From assembly GCA_020349685.1 (NCBI GenBank), contig CP070698.1, positions 1,693,208 through 1,724,400 on the forward strand: a DNA stretch of 31,193 bases, read 5' to 3'. Source of the stretch: a bacterium (GTDB lineage Bacteria; BMS3Abin14). A program made the translations under genes and the position numbers. Below the pieces are notes generated by a model. That model made no database searches. It saw only the letters and a program-made list of their open reading frames with translations, and was not told the DNA's origin. Shown here one piece after another: positions 17,141 to 25,636 of the stretch (position 1 is the first letter of the stretch; each line of letters starts with the position of its first letter).

Positions 17141-18309
17141 CGGTCGATCTCCCCCAGCACGATGTCCAGGCTTCCGATAATGGCGACGACGTCCGCCAGC
17201 ATGTTCCCCTTTGCCATCGTCAGCAGGGACTGAAGGTTAATGAATGACGGGGGGCGGATCCGGAGCCTGTACGGTTTGGGGCTGCCATCGCTCACGATGT
17301 AGAATCCGATCTCGCCCTTGGGGGCCTCGATGGTGGAATAAACCTCGCCCCTGGGGGGAGCCAGACCCTCTACCACAAGCTTGAAATGGTGGATCATGGC
17401 TTCTATGGAACCCTCCAGGCGCTCCTTGTCAGGCATGACGAACTTGGCCGAGCGCTCGATGAAGGGACCTTCGGGCATGCCCTCGATGAGCTGCCGCAGC
17501 ATCCTGGAGCTCTGACGCATCTCCCTGATCCTCACCATGTACCGGGCGTAGACGTCGCCTTCCTCAAGAACGGGGACCATGAAATCGAGTTCCCCGTAAA
17601 CCTCGTAGGGTTCGTCCCTCCTGATATCCCAGTCCACCCCGGACGCCCTCAAGGCCGGGCCTGAGAGACCGAGGCTCAGGGCGTCCTCCCGGCTGATGAA
17701 ACCGACATTCTTCGTGCGCCTGAGCCAGATGCGGTTCTTGCTCAGAAGCCTCTCGTATTCGTTGATCTTGACGTCGAACTTGTCCAGGAAGGTTTTGATC
17801 TTGCCGGTGAAACCGGGGGTCATGTCCCTGACCACCCCGCCAGGGCGGAAATAGGTGGGCATCATCCGGGTGCCGGCGATCTCCTCGATGAGGTCCAGGA
17901 TGTCCTCCCGTTCCCTCAGGCCGTACATCAGGACGGTGACGGCACCGATATCAGCCGCGTGGGTTCCGAGCCAAAGGAGATGGCTCATGATCCTGGTCAG
18001 CTCGGCAATGGTGGTCCTTATGTACTGAGCCCTTCTGGGAACCTCGATGCCCAGGAGCTTTTCCACCGCCAGGATGTAGGCCAGGTTGTTGCTCCCGGAG
18101 GCGAGGTAGTCCAATCTGTCCGTAAGGGGAAGGACCTGCAGATATTTTTTGCTCTCGGAAAGCTTCTCGACGCCCCTGTGCAGATAACCGATATCCGGCA
18201 CCGCATTGACGACCACCTCACCGTCCAGCTCCAGAATGATCCGGAGAACCCCGTGTGTGGAGGGGTGGTGGGGACCCATGTTGATTGTCATGATCTCCTG
18301 CCTGGCCAC
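17137..18309 (-). CDS. nuoD: NADH-quinone oxidoreductase subunit D (390 aa)
   Basis: NMGPHHPSTHGVLR, GYLHRGVEK, RLDY, EAPKGE, terminal GSLDIVLGEIDR; no NiFe CxxC motifs. Confidence 0.97.
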   Translation of the reverse strand: MARQEIMTINMGPHHPSTHGVLRIILELDGEVVVNAVPDIGYLHRGVEKLSESKKYLQVLPLTDRLDYLASGSNNLAYILAVEKLLGIEVPRRAQYIRTTIAELTRIMSHLLWLGTHAADIGAVTVLMYGLREREDILDLIEEIAGTRMMPTYFRPGGVVRDMTPGFTGKIKTFLDKFDVKINEYERLLSKNRIWLRRTKNVGFISREDALSLGLSGPALRASGVDWDIRRDEPYEVYGELDFMVPVLEEGDVYARYMVRIREMRQSSRMLRQLIEGMPEGPFIERSAKFVMPDKERLEGSIEAMIHHFKLVVEGLAPPRGEVYSTIEAPKGEIGFYIVSDGSPKPYRLRIRPPSFINLQSLLTMAKGNMLADVVAIIGSLDIVLGEIDR

Positions 18310-18320
18310 CTTGACCTCCC

Positions 18321-18830
18321 TTACCAGCGCACCCTTCCCCTGAGGGGGAACTCCTTGCGGAGCGGGTAGCCGTCAAATTGTTCAGGGTTCAGGATCCTTC
18401 TCGGATCCGGATGACCTTTGAACTGGATCCCGAACATGTCGTAGACTTCCCTTTCGAGCCAGTCGGCGGTCATCCAGATCCCGCTGGCCGTCTCCATCTC
18501 CTTTCCCTCCTCCAACTGGACCTTGAGACGGAAGCGGAGGTTCTTGGAGATGGAATAGAGCTGGAAGACGACTTCGAACTCAGCTCCCTTGCGCCCCGGC
18601 CAGTGGACGGCTGTCAGGTCAGAGAGGAACTCCAGATCAAGTTCCGGGTCGCCTTTCAGGGACCGCAGGATCTCCAGGGCTCTTTCAGGTTGCACCGTGA
18701 CCCAGACCTGGCCGCAGGAAGAGCCCACTTCGACTATGGCAGAGGCGAAATCGCGCCTGATGGCGCCGACGGCCGGATGTTTTTCCGGCTCCCCTCCTGT
18801 AAATCCCTGGCGGTTCAGATTTACCGTCAA
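18321..18830 (-). CDS. nuoC: NADH-quinone oxidoreductase subunit C (about 169 aa)
   Basis: [41 protein letters not shown]. Start placed at TTG 18830 (TTGA overlap with the nuoB stop, GGAGGGAG upstream) rather than 18965. Confidence 0.93.
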   Translation of the reverse strand: MTVNLNRQGFTGGEPEKHPAVGAIRRDFASAIVEVGSSCGQVWVTVQPERALEILRSLKGDPELDLEFLSDLTAVHWPGRKGAEFEVVFQLYSISKNLRFRLKVQLEEGKEMETASGIWMTADWLEREVYDMFGIQFKGHPDPRRILNPEQFDGYPLRKEFPLRGRVRW

Positions 18831-19381
18831 ACTATCTCCCTCCTGCCGGGGCCAGTGAAGCCCGGCTTGATCTTCCTGGGATTGGCTGAAAAGTTCACCT
18901 GCCCGTCGATCTTCATCTGCAAGGTCATGATCCCGTGGATCAGGGCTTCCGGCCTGGGAGGGCACCCGGGAACGTAAACGTCAACCGGGAGAATGTAGTT
19001 GACACCCGGTACCACGCTGTAGGTCTGAAAGATCCCGCCGCAGGTGGCGCAGCTTCCCATGGCCAGAACCCATTTCGGTTCGGCCATCTGGTCATAGAGT
19101 TTCTTGACCACGGGGGCCATCTTGTTGGTGACCGTTCCGGCCACGATCATGAGGTCCGCCTGCCTCGGCGAAGCTCTGAAAACCTCCCACCCGAAACGCG
19201 CCATGTCGTACCTGGCAGCTGCGGCCGAGATCATCTCGATAGCGCAGCAGGCCAGCCCGAAGGTGAGCGGCCACAGGGAGGACCTCTGAGCCCAGTTAAT
19301 GACCGTACTGGCCGAGGTAAGGAGGATATTGGCTTCTTTGGGGCCGGGCCCCTTGTACACTCGTGTGGGTTTCTTCCTCAT
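18827..19381 (-). CDS. nuoB: NADH-quinone oxidoreductase subunit B (184 aa)
   Basis: [32 protein letters not shown] (N2 cluster ligands). Confidence 0.97.
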   Translation of the reverse strand: MRKKPTRVYKGPGPKEANILLTSASTVINWAQRSSLWPLTFGLACCAIEMISAAAARYDMARFGWEVFRASPRQADLMIVAGTVTNKMAPVVKKLYDQMAEPKWVLAMGSCATCGGIFQTYSVVPGVNYILPVDVYVPGCPPRPEALIHGIMTLQMKIDGQVNFSANPRKIKPGFTGPGRREIV

Positions 19382-19764
19382 CGCCAGCTCAACGCACCCT
19401 TTCTCCAGATATAGACGTATCCGAGCAACAGGATCACTATGAAGATGACCATCTCGATGAAACCGAAGATGACCGGATCGAACTTTTCAAACAGTATGGC
19501 CCACGGGTACATGAACACCACCTCGATGTCGAAAACGATGAAAAGCATGGCCACGAGGTAAAAGCGGATATCGAAGCGCTGGCGGGCATCCTTGATGGGG
19601 ATCATGCCGCATTCGTAGGTTGAGGATTTTTCATCGGTGGGATAGTGGCGTCCCGCCACGTAGCCGAATATCTGGGAAGCGATCAGCATGACCGCTCCGA
19701 GAAAAAAGATGCAGAGAAGAAAGATAAAGATGGGCAGATACCCTAAGATTAGGTTTTCACCCAC
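19378..19764 (-). CDS. nuoA: NADH-quinone oxidoreductase subunit A (about 128 aa)
   Basis: [34 protein letters not shown]. Start placed at GTG 19764, 6 nt after GAGGGAGGG. Confidence 0.95.
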   Translation of the reverse strand: MGENLILGYLPIFIFLLCIFFLGAVMLIASQIFGYVAGRHYPTDEKSSTYECGMIPIKDARQRFDIRFYLVAMLFIVFDIEVVFMYPWAILFEKFDPVIFGFIEMVIFIVILLLGYVYIWRKGALSWR

Positions 19765-19841
19765 GATAAGCCCTCCCTCGGAAAAGCTGCTCGGACCGGC
19801 ACAAAACGACACCATGCGGCGCCTTGAGTGCGGCTCATGAC

Positions 19842-19858
19842 AATTGGTCAAACCACAA
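19842..19858. promoter_or_regulatory. Candidate FadR/PdhR/LldR-type (GntR family) operator
   Basis: AATTGGTCAAACCACAA with a TGGT-N3-ACCA palindromic core, compared with AATTGGT-N3-ACCAATT; about 80 bp upstream of nuoA. Confidence 0.4.
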
Positions 19859-19866
19859 ACAGTATT

Positions 19867-19906
19867 CTGTATACACTTTTAATGCACAGGCAGTAAGCTG
19901 TATACA
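19867..19906. promoter_or_regulatory. Two copies of CTGTATACA (palindromic TGTATACA core), 31 bp apart; candidate paired operator
   Basis: Copies at 19867-19875 and 19898-19906 in the divergent nuoA-hemL spacer. Confidence 0.45.
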
Positions 19907-19921
19907 ACAGGTGGGACTGAC

Positions 19922-19940
19922 TTGTCTATAGATTTCACAA
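19922..19940. promoter_or_regulatory. Candidate imperfect Rex operator
   Basis: TTGTCTA-N5-TTCACAA: one perfect and one 5/7 half-site versus TTGTGAA-N4-TTCACAA, with the spacer one base longer; rex is encoded in the window. Confidence 0.4.
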
Positions 19941-20037
19941 TACACGGAGCAACTTTTTTGGTTTTTAAAGCCAGAATCGGCATTTTCCCTTAATTTGGAG
20001 GTGTTTGACGCCCGCCGCCTGGATCCATCCTTTCCCC

Positions 20038-20066
20038 TTGACAGTCACAGACCGCCATGCTAGATG
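20038..20066 (+). promoter_or_regulatory. Putative sigma70 promoter of hemL
   Basis: TTGACA-N17-TAGATG with an extended -10 TG dinucleotide, 45 bp upstream of the ATG. Confidence 0.65.
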
Positions 20067-20111
20067 GAAACTCTTCAATTTTAAAGGGAAAAAAGAAAGG
20101 GAGGCCACGAC

Positions 20112-21392
20112 ATGAGCAGATCCAACGACTTTTTCAGCGACGCAAAGTCCGTTATTCCAGGCGGTGTTAACAGCCCCGTCCGTGCCTTCAGATCGGTGGG
20201 TGCCGACCCCCTTTTCATAGACAGCGCGTCCGGAGCGACCATCACCGATGCCGACGGCCTCACCTATATAGACTATGTCGGCTCCTGGGGGCCCATGATC
20301 GTCGGGCACGCCAACGAGGAGGTCCTGGATGCGATCGTGGAGGCAGCCCGCGGCGGGACCAGTTTCGGGGCTCCGACAGAAAGGGAGACCATCCTGGCGC
20401 ACATGGTGATCGACGCGGTTCCCTCCATGGAGAAGGTGCGCATGGTCAACTCCGGTACCGAGGCCACCATGAGCGCTATCAGGGTTGCCCGCGGCGTTAC
20501 GGGAAGGGACAGGATCGTCAAGTTCAACGGATGTTACCATGGTCACGCCGACGGGCTCCTGGTGAAAGCAGGGTCGGGAGCCCTCACGCTGGGTGTCCCG
20601 GACAGCCCGGGGGTTCCGGAAGATTATGCAAGGAACACTCTCATCGCAGAGTACAACGACCTGGCTTCCGTGGAAAAACTCTTCGAGAGCAACCAGGGCC
20701 AGATCGCCGCAGTCATCGTGGAGCCGGTCCCGGGCAACATGGGGGTCATGATCCCTGCCGAAGGTTTCCTGGAGGGGCTGCGGAAACTGTGCACCGATCA
20801 GGGCTCCCTTCTGATCTTCGACGAGGTCATGAGCGGCTTCAGGGTGGCTCTCGGGGGCGCTCAGGAGCTTTACGGGATAACGCCGGACCTGACGACACTC
20901 GGTAAGATCATTGGAGGCGGCCTGCCGGTGGGAGCCTATGGCGGGAAGGCAGAATACATGTCCCAGGTAGCACCGGAAGGGCCCATCTACCAGGCGGGGA
21001 CCCTTTCGGGCAACCCTCTTGCCATGGCCGCCGGCATCGCGACGCTCAGGATCCTCAGCCGCCCCGGAACATATGAATCCCTGGAGGCAAGATCCTCGGC
21101 CCTGGCCAGAGGCCTGTCTCAAGCCAATGAAAAGCTCGGGATGGAACTGGCTTTCAACAGGGTGGGCAGCATGTTCACCACCTTCTTCACACCCGGACCT
21201 GTGACGGACTTTGCAGGTGCGAAAGCCTCGGACACCTCATCCTTCGGCTCCTATTTCAGGGCCATGCTGGAGGAGGGCGTCTACCTCGCTCCCTCCCAGT
21301 TCGAGGCCGCTTTTGTCTCCCTGGCCCACAGTGAAGATCATATCGAGGCCACCATCGTGGCCCACGAGAGGGCTCTGCTGCGTTTATTATAG
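20112..21392 (+). CDS. hemL: Glutamate-1-semialdehyde 2,1-aminomutase (426 aa)
   Basis: [56 protein letters not shown] (PLP lysine), [17 protein letters not shown]; SD GGGAGG. Confidence 0.97.
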   Translation: MSRSNDFFSDAKSVIPGGVNSPVRAFRSVGADPLFIDSASGATITDADGLTYIDYVGSWGPMIVGHANEEVLDAIVEAARGGTSFGAPTERETILAHMVIDAVPSMEKVRMVNSGTEATMSAIRVARGVTGRDRIVKFNGCYHGHADGLLVKAGSGALTLGVPDSPGVPEDYARNTLIAEYNDLASVEKLFESNQGQIAAVIVEPVPGNMGVMIPAEGFLEGLRKLCTDQGSLLIFDEVMSGFRVALGGAQELYGITPDLTTLGKIIGGGLPVGAYGGKAEYMSQVAPEGPIYQAGTLSGNPLAMAAGIATLRILSRPGTYESLEARSSALARGLSQANEKLGMELAFNRVGSMFTTFFTPGPVTDFAGAKASDTSSFGSYFRAMLEEGVYLAPSQFEAAFVSLAHSEDHIEATIVAHERALLRLL

Positions 21393-21395
21393 AGC

Positions 21396-21494
21396 GAGAT
21401 TAGAAATTAGAAATTGGAGATTGGAACTGACTGGACTCACAAGGACACTTCACTCGCGGTTTACTCTAATTTCTAATTTCCATTTTCTGATTTC
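21396..21494. repeat. Inverted heptamer-array element A
   Basis: GAGATTA GAAATTA GAAATTG GAGATTG (21396-21423), a spacer, then TAATTTC TAATTTC CATTTTC TGATTTC (21467-21494). Confidence 0.8.
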
Positions 21495-21526
21495 CCACTG
21501 AGGTTCATTAACGACTCTCGGGGCTG

Positions 21527-21556
21527 TTGACAACGCGAAAGGGCGTCTGTTAGAAA
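21527..21556 (+). promoter_or_regulatory. Putative sigma70 promoter of the atp F0 genes
   Basis: TTGACA-N18-TAGAAA with extended TG; it lies awkwardly close to the ATG at 21558. Confidence 0.45.
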
Positions 21557-21557
21557 A

Positions 21558-21794
21558 ATGGCAAAATCCAGAGGGCTCTACGAACTGCTGAAATTGAGCA
21601 GTCTCGGTCTGGAAATGGGGGCCGCTGTCGTTATCGGCCTCCTGATGGGGGTCTGGCTGGACCGCCAGTTTTCCACCGAACCATGGTTGACCCTGCTGTT
21701 CCTGGGCTTCGGTTTTGCCGCCGCCGTCAAAGCTGTGGTGCGGGCCCTCAGGAAGGGCATCTTCGCCGATGAGAACGATGCCCCAGAGGAATGA
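21558..21794 (+). CDS. atpZ: AtpZ/AtpI-family small membrane protein (78 aa)
   Basis: Two hydrophobic helices joined by G-x-W-L-D-R-x-F-x-T-x-P-W; first gene before atpI-atpB. Confidence 0.8.
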   Translation: MAKSRGLYELLKLSSLGLEMGAAVVIGLLMGVWLDRQFSTEPWLTLLFLGFGFAAAVKAVVRALRKGIFADENDAPEE

Positions 21795-22167
21795 GGCCGT
21801 CAGGATCAACCGCCTGCGATGGTGGATTGCGACCCTGACCTTAGTCCCCGGGGCTTTAGCCGCGCTCCTGGGCCGCCTGGACATCGGAAGCGGACTGGCG
21901 GCAGGTGGGCTTATCATGGTGCTCAACCTTCTGGGCACCCAGTTCTCCATATCCCGCCTGCTTGCCGGTGAGGCCCTGGAGAGGATCGCAGCGGTTATCG
22001 TCTGGGTCGGCAAGTTCGGTATGACGGCCGCGTTTATCATGTTCCTGCTCTATTTTCACCTGGTCGACCCCCTCGCCCTGCTCATCGGGCTGGGGGCTCT
22101 TCCGGCGTCAATAGTGTTTGACATTTTTCTGTTTCCCGTTAATAAAGGGGAGGCGAAAATACCTTAA
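21769..22167 (+). CDS. atpI: ATP synthase protein I-like membrane protein (about 132 aa)
   Basis: Four hydrophobic segments immediately upstream of atpB; start uncertain (ATG 21769 or 21778). Confidence 0.72.
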   Translation: MRTMPQRNEAVRINRLRWWIATLTLVPGALAALLGRLDIGSGLAAGGLIMVLNLLGTQFSISRLLAGEALERIAAVIVWVGKFGMTAAFIMFLLYFHLVDPLALLIGLGALPASIVFDIFLFPVNKGEAKIP

Positions 22168-22177
22168 AGGAGTTTGA

Positions 22178-22933
22178 ATGTCCGCAGATACCTTCATCTT
22201 CCTCGATCACACACCGCTTTATACAGCCATTGAGCAACCTGCAACCGTCGAAAAATTCGGGGGGATGGTCAACAACGGTCTCGAGGCTTCCCCCATCATT
22301 CATGCCGCCCTGGCCTCGGCGCTGCTCGTGGGCATAGCGTTCCTCGTCAACCGGTCCTACACCAACCGGGGCAGGAACGGCCTCGCTCCCGCCGAGAAAA
22401 CCTTCTCGGTGAGCAACCTCATGGAGCTGGCCGTCACCGGGCTCCTCCAGTTCATGGAGAGCCTTATGGGCAGCGAGGCCAGAAGGTTCGTACCGCTTAT
22501 CGGCGGCACGGCGTTCTTCATCCTGTTCAACAACCTCATGGGCCTGGTGCCCGGCCTGGACGGCGCCACCGCGAACTTCAACACGACCCTGGCCTGCGCT
22601 CTGGTGATCTTTGTGGCGACCCACGTCGTCGGGGTCAGGACCCACGGCGCTGCCTACATCAAGCAGTTCCTCGGTCCCGTGTGGTGGCTGGCCTGGCTCA
22701 TGTTCCCCATCGAGCTCATCGGCCACTTTGCGCGGATCCTCAGCCTGTCCGTCCGGCTTTACGGCAACATGATGGGCGACCACAGGGTGCTGGCCATCTT
22801 TCTGGCCCTCGTGGCCCTGGGAGTCCCGGTCATCTTCATGGGAATGGGGATCTTCATCGCACTGGTCCAGACTTTCGTGTTTACGCTTCTGTCTATTCTC
22901 TACATCACCTTTGCTTTGGAAGAAGCCCATTGA
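22178..22933 (+). CDS. atpB: ATP synthase F0 subunit a (251 aa)
   Basis: FNNLMGLVPG, ATANFN, PIELIGHFARILSLSVRLYGNM (essential Arg), LVQTFVFTLLSILY. Confidence 0.96.
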   Translation: MSADTFIFLDHTPLYTAIEQPATVEKFGGMVNNGLEASPIIHAALASALLVGIAFLVNRSYTNRGRNGLAPAEKTFSVSNLMELAVTGLLQFMESLMGSEARRFVPLIGGTAFFILFNNLMGLVPGLDGATANFNTTLACALVIFVATHVVGVRTHGAAYIKQFLGPVWWLAWLMFPIELIGHFARILSLSVRLYGNMMGDHRVLAIFLALVALGVPVIFMGMGIFIALVQTFVFTLLSILYITFALEEAH

Positions 22934-22985
22934 TATTTGAAAAAAGCTTTTTAATAATACCGCTTATGAAAGGAGGCAATCCTCA

Positions 22986-23312
22986 ATGAAGAAAGCATCC
23001 ACCATTGCACTTATCACCGCCCTGCTGATCGTGGTCATGGCACCCGGTGCCTTCGCGGCCACGGAGGAAGGCGGATCCGCCGGCCTGATGGGCTTCGGCA
23101 TCGCTCTGGCAACGGGGCTGGCCATCGGCATCGCCGCTCTGGGCGGCGCCATCGGGCAGGGCAACGCTGTCAGGGGAGCTATGGAAGGGATCGCAAGGAA
23201 CCCCGGCGCGTCCGGCAAGATCATGACCACGCTGATCATCGGTCTGGCCCTCATCGAGTCACTGGTCATCTACGCCCTGGTCATCTCCTTCATACTTCAG
23301 GGTAAACTGTAA
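22986..23312 (+). CDS. atpE: ATP synthase F0 subunit c with a signal-peptide-like N-terminal extension (108 aa)
   Basis: GGAIGQG, IARNPG loop, [11 protein letters not shown]; SD AAGGAGG. Confidence 0.96.
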   Translation: MKKASTIALITALLIVVMAPGAFAATEEGGSAGLMGFGIALATGLAIGIAALGGAIGQGNAVRGAMEGIARNPGASGKIMTTLIIGLALIESLVIYALVISFILQGKL

Positions 23313-23319
23313 CAGCACC

Positions 23320-23352
23320 AGGGAGGAGAACTTTTTATTTCTCCTCCTTTTT
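23320..23352 (+). terminator. Intrinsic terminator after atpE
   Basis: Stem GGAGGAGAA (23322-30) / TTCTCCTCC (23339-47) followed by TTTTT. Confidence 0.7.
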
Positions 23353-23442
23353 CCTGAGGATGCTTGTGAAAAAGAAAACTTTATCATGTGAGGTCCTCCG
23401 GTGCCTGAAAGGCCTCCGGGGGGATTATAGGGGGAGAGATCG

Positions 23443-24591
23443 ATGCCTAAAGCGCTTATAGTCACCATCGTGCTCCTCACTGCCGTGTCCTCGTCCCTGG
23501 CGATGAGTACTTCCGATTGCTTCGACTGCCATTCGGACGACACGCTCACCAAGGTCGTGAGGGGCAATGAGGTCTCCCTGTTCATCGACGAGGAGATCTA
23601 CGGCAAGTCCGCTCATGGAGAACTGGATTGCACAGACTGCCATGAAGACCTTGCCGGCCTCGAGGATGAGCACGGGGAAGAGCTGAAACCGGTCCAGTGT
23701 TCCAACTGCCATGATGACGCGGCCGAGGAAATGACGGCGGCCGAGCACCCCGCAGAATGTTCCGACTGCCACGGCAAGCACGACATCCTGCCGCCCTCCG
23801 ATTCCCGCTCATCGGTCTATGATCTGAACGTTCCCGGCACCTGCTGCACCTGTCATTCGGAGCAGGAAACGCCTGATGTCTGCGTACAGTACGAGAGCGG
23901 AATGCACGGGATGGTACTGCTAAGAAGCGGCATGATCTTTTCGGCCGTCTGCAACGACTGTCATGGGAGCCACGACATCCGCGGCGCCGGCGACCCGGAG
24001 TCCATGATCGCCCGGGCCAACATCAACGACACATGTGCCGCATGCCACAAGGGTGTTGTGGAAACCTACAGGCAGAGCATCCACGGCGAGATCTTCCGGG
24101 ACAGTCCGGAGGACGCCCCCGTGTGCACGTCGTGCCACTCGGCCCACGATACCGAACGGGCCATGGACGACGCGTTTCTCATCACCGTGGTCAAGCGATG
24201 CTCCACCTGTCACGAGGAGATGGGATACACCTTCAGCAAGAACTACCACGGCCAGGTCACGGGAATGGGGTATACCCGGGCAGCTCAATGTCCCGACTGC
24301 CATGGAGCCCACGACATCCTCTCCAGGGATGACCCTGAATCCATGGTCCACCCTGACAACCTCGTCGCCACCTGCGGAAAGTGTCACCCCGGTGCCAACA
24401 GGAATTTCACCATGTACATGCCCCATGCCGACTACCACGACGCCCAGCGCTATCCAATGCTTTATTATGTCTACCTCGCCATGGTCATCCTTCTGACGGG
24501 AACCTTTGCTTTCTTCGGGATCCACACCCTGCTCTGGTTCATCCGCGCCTATCTAGAGAATCTGCGTAACAGGTCCGGTGGGGCCCATTGA
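23443..24591 (+). CDS. Membrane-anchored 11-heme cytochrome c (382 aa), resembling the N-terminal half of CbcL
   Basis: Sec-type signal peptide, 11 CxxCH (CFDCH, CTDCH, CSNCH, CSDCH, CCTCH, CNDCH, CAACH, CTSCH, CSTCH, CPDCH, CGKCH) and a C-terminal TM helix containing His (GIHTLLW). Confidence 0.9.
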   Translation: MPKALIVTIVLLTAVSSSLAMSTSDCFDCHSDDTLTKVVRGNEVSLFIDEEIYGKSAHGELDCTDCHEDLAGLEDEHGEELKPVQCSNCHDDAAEEMTAAEHPAECSDCHGKHDILPPSDSRSSVYDLNVPGTCCTCHSEQETPDVCVQYESGMHGMVLLRSGMIFSAVCNDCHGSHDIRGAGDPESMIARANINDTCAACHKGVVETYRQSIHGEIFRDSPEDAPVCTSCHSAHDTERAMDDAFLITVVKRCSTCHEEMGYTFSKNYHGQVTGMGYTRAAQCPDCHGAHDILSRDDPESMVHPDNLVATCGKCHPGANRNFTMYMPHADYHDAQRYPMLYYVYLAMVILLTGTFAFFGIHTLLWFIRAYLENLRNRSGGAH

Positions 24592-24608
24592 TCAGGGAGG
24601 GTAAATCA

Positions 24609-25475
24609 ATGACCCAATATTCTCACAGTGAAAATAGCGGCCGCCAGGAACGCTGGTACCTGAGGTTCAACTACTTCCACCGCTTTCTCCACGCCCTTAT
24701 CATCATCAGTTTTCTGGGGCTGGTCCTGACAGGAATGCCCCTCAAATATTCCCACACGGCCTGGGCCCAGGCCCTGGCACGCTACATGGGAGGGATCGGC
24801 ACAGCTGGTTACATCCACCGGGTGTGCGGTGCCATTACCTGGCTTTATTTCCTTCTGCACCTCATCTTCGCGGCATATTACATCCTCAAGCTCAGGGACG
24901 AACCGCTCGGCAAGTGGGTGTTCGGCCCCAACTCCATGGTGCCCTGGATCAAGGATCTGAAGGACGTTGTCGGCCACGTTCTCTGGTTCATCGGAGTGGG
25001 CGAACGCCCCAGGTTCGACCGTTTCACCTACTGGGAGAAGTTCGACTACCTGGCCGTGTTCTGGGGGGTCGGCATCATCGGTTTTTCAGGTCTGACACTC
25101 TGGTTCCCCGAGTTTTTCGCTCGCTTCATGCCGGGATGGAGCTTCAACGTCGCCATCATCCTCCACTCCGACGAGGCTCTTCTGGCGGCGGGCTTTATCT
25201 TCACGATCCACTTCTTTAACACCCACCTGAGGCCGGAGAAGTTCCCGCTGGACCATGTTATCTTCACCGGGAGGATCTCGGAGGAGGAGTTCAAGCATGA
25301 GCGGCCCCTCGAATATGAAAGGATGCTGCAGCAGGGCAAGCTGGACAAGATCGAATCCACACCACCGACCCAAACAAGCCTGGTCTGGGCCCGCATCGTC
25401 GGGTTCATCGCATACGGTGCCGGGCTTGTCATGATCCTGTTCATCATCTATTCAGCCCTCAAGGAGCTTCACTGA
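24609..25475 (+). CDS. HydC/FdnI-type di-heme cytochrome b (about 288 aa), resembling the C-terminal half of CbcL
   Basis: RFNYFHRFLH, YIHRVC, FDRFTYWEKFDYLAVFWG, LHSDEALLAAGFIFTIHFFNTHLRPEKFP. ATG 24609 follows GGGAGG; TTG 24588 is an alternative start. Confidence 0.88.
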   Translation: MTQYSHSENSGRQERWYLRFNYFHRFLHALIIISFLGLVLTGMPLKYSHTAWAQALARYMGGIGTAGYIHRVCGAITWLYFLLHLIFAAYYILKLRDEPLGKWVFGPNSMVPWIKDLKDVVGHVLWFIGVGERPRFDRFTYWEKFDYLAVFWGVGIIGFSGLTLWFPEFFARFMPGWSFNVAIILHSDEALLAAGFIFTIHFFNTHLRPEKFPLDHVIFTGRISEEEFKHERPLEYERMLQQGKLDKIESTPPTQTSLVWARIVGFIAYGAGLVMILFIIYSALKELH

Positions 25476-25485
25476 CAACTTGTTC

Positions 25486-25514
25486 CCCGCGGCGGTGCCA
25501 GGCGCCGCCGCGGG
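25486..25514. terminator. GC-rich hairpin after the cytochrome b gene (no U-tract; terminator or mRNA-stabilising stem)
   Basis: CCCGCGGCGG (25486-95) pairs perfectly with CCGCCGCGGG (25505-14). Confidence 0.5.
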
Positions 25515-25558
25515 ATCACCTCAGGCGTTCTGTCTGCCCCCTTAAATCGGCACATTCA

Positions 25559-25588
25559 TTGACACTGAAAAGAAGGGTGTGCTAAAAA
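25559..25588 (+). promoter_or_regulatory. Putative sigma70 promoter of the Rieske/cytochrome b ... rex unit
   Basis: TTGACA-N18-TAAAAA with extended TG; a TTCACAA Rex half-site lies at 25608-25614. Confidence 0.6.
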
Positions 25589-25636
25589 TCTCAAATGACG
25601 GTTGTTGTTCACAAGCTCTGCCGGGGGTGACCAGCA

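Noticed and set aside
17137-18309. Group 4 [NiFe]-hydrogenase large subunit
   Set aside because: No N- or C-terminal CxxC Ni ligands; it has RLDY and GEIDR as in NuoD.
21396-21494. CRISPR array or IS terminal repeats at the heptamer elements
   Set aside because: Units are 7 bp and contiguous, with no repeat-spacer series, cas genes, transposase or target-site duplication visible.
23150-23275. Na+-translocating c ring
   Set aside because: Q, E, S and Y are present but the motif is ESL, not EST; such rings include known H+-coupled ones. Ion specificity cannot be called from sequence.
23394-23423. Riboswitch in the leader of the 11-heme cytochrome gene (hairpin with GCCTGAAAGGC core)
   Set aside because: Only a single short hairpin, with no second stem or conserved motif of a riboswitch class I can recognise.
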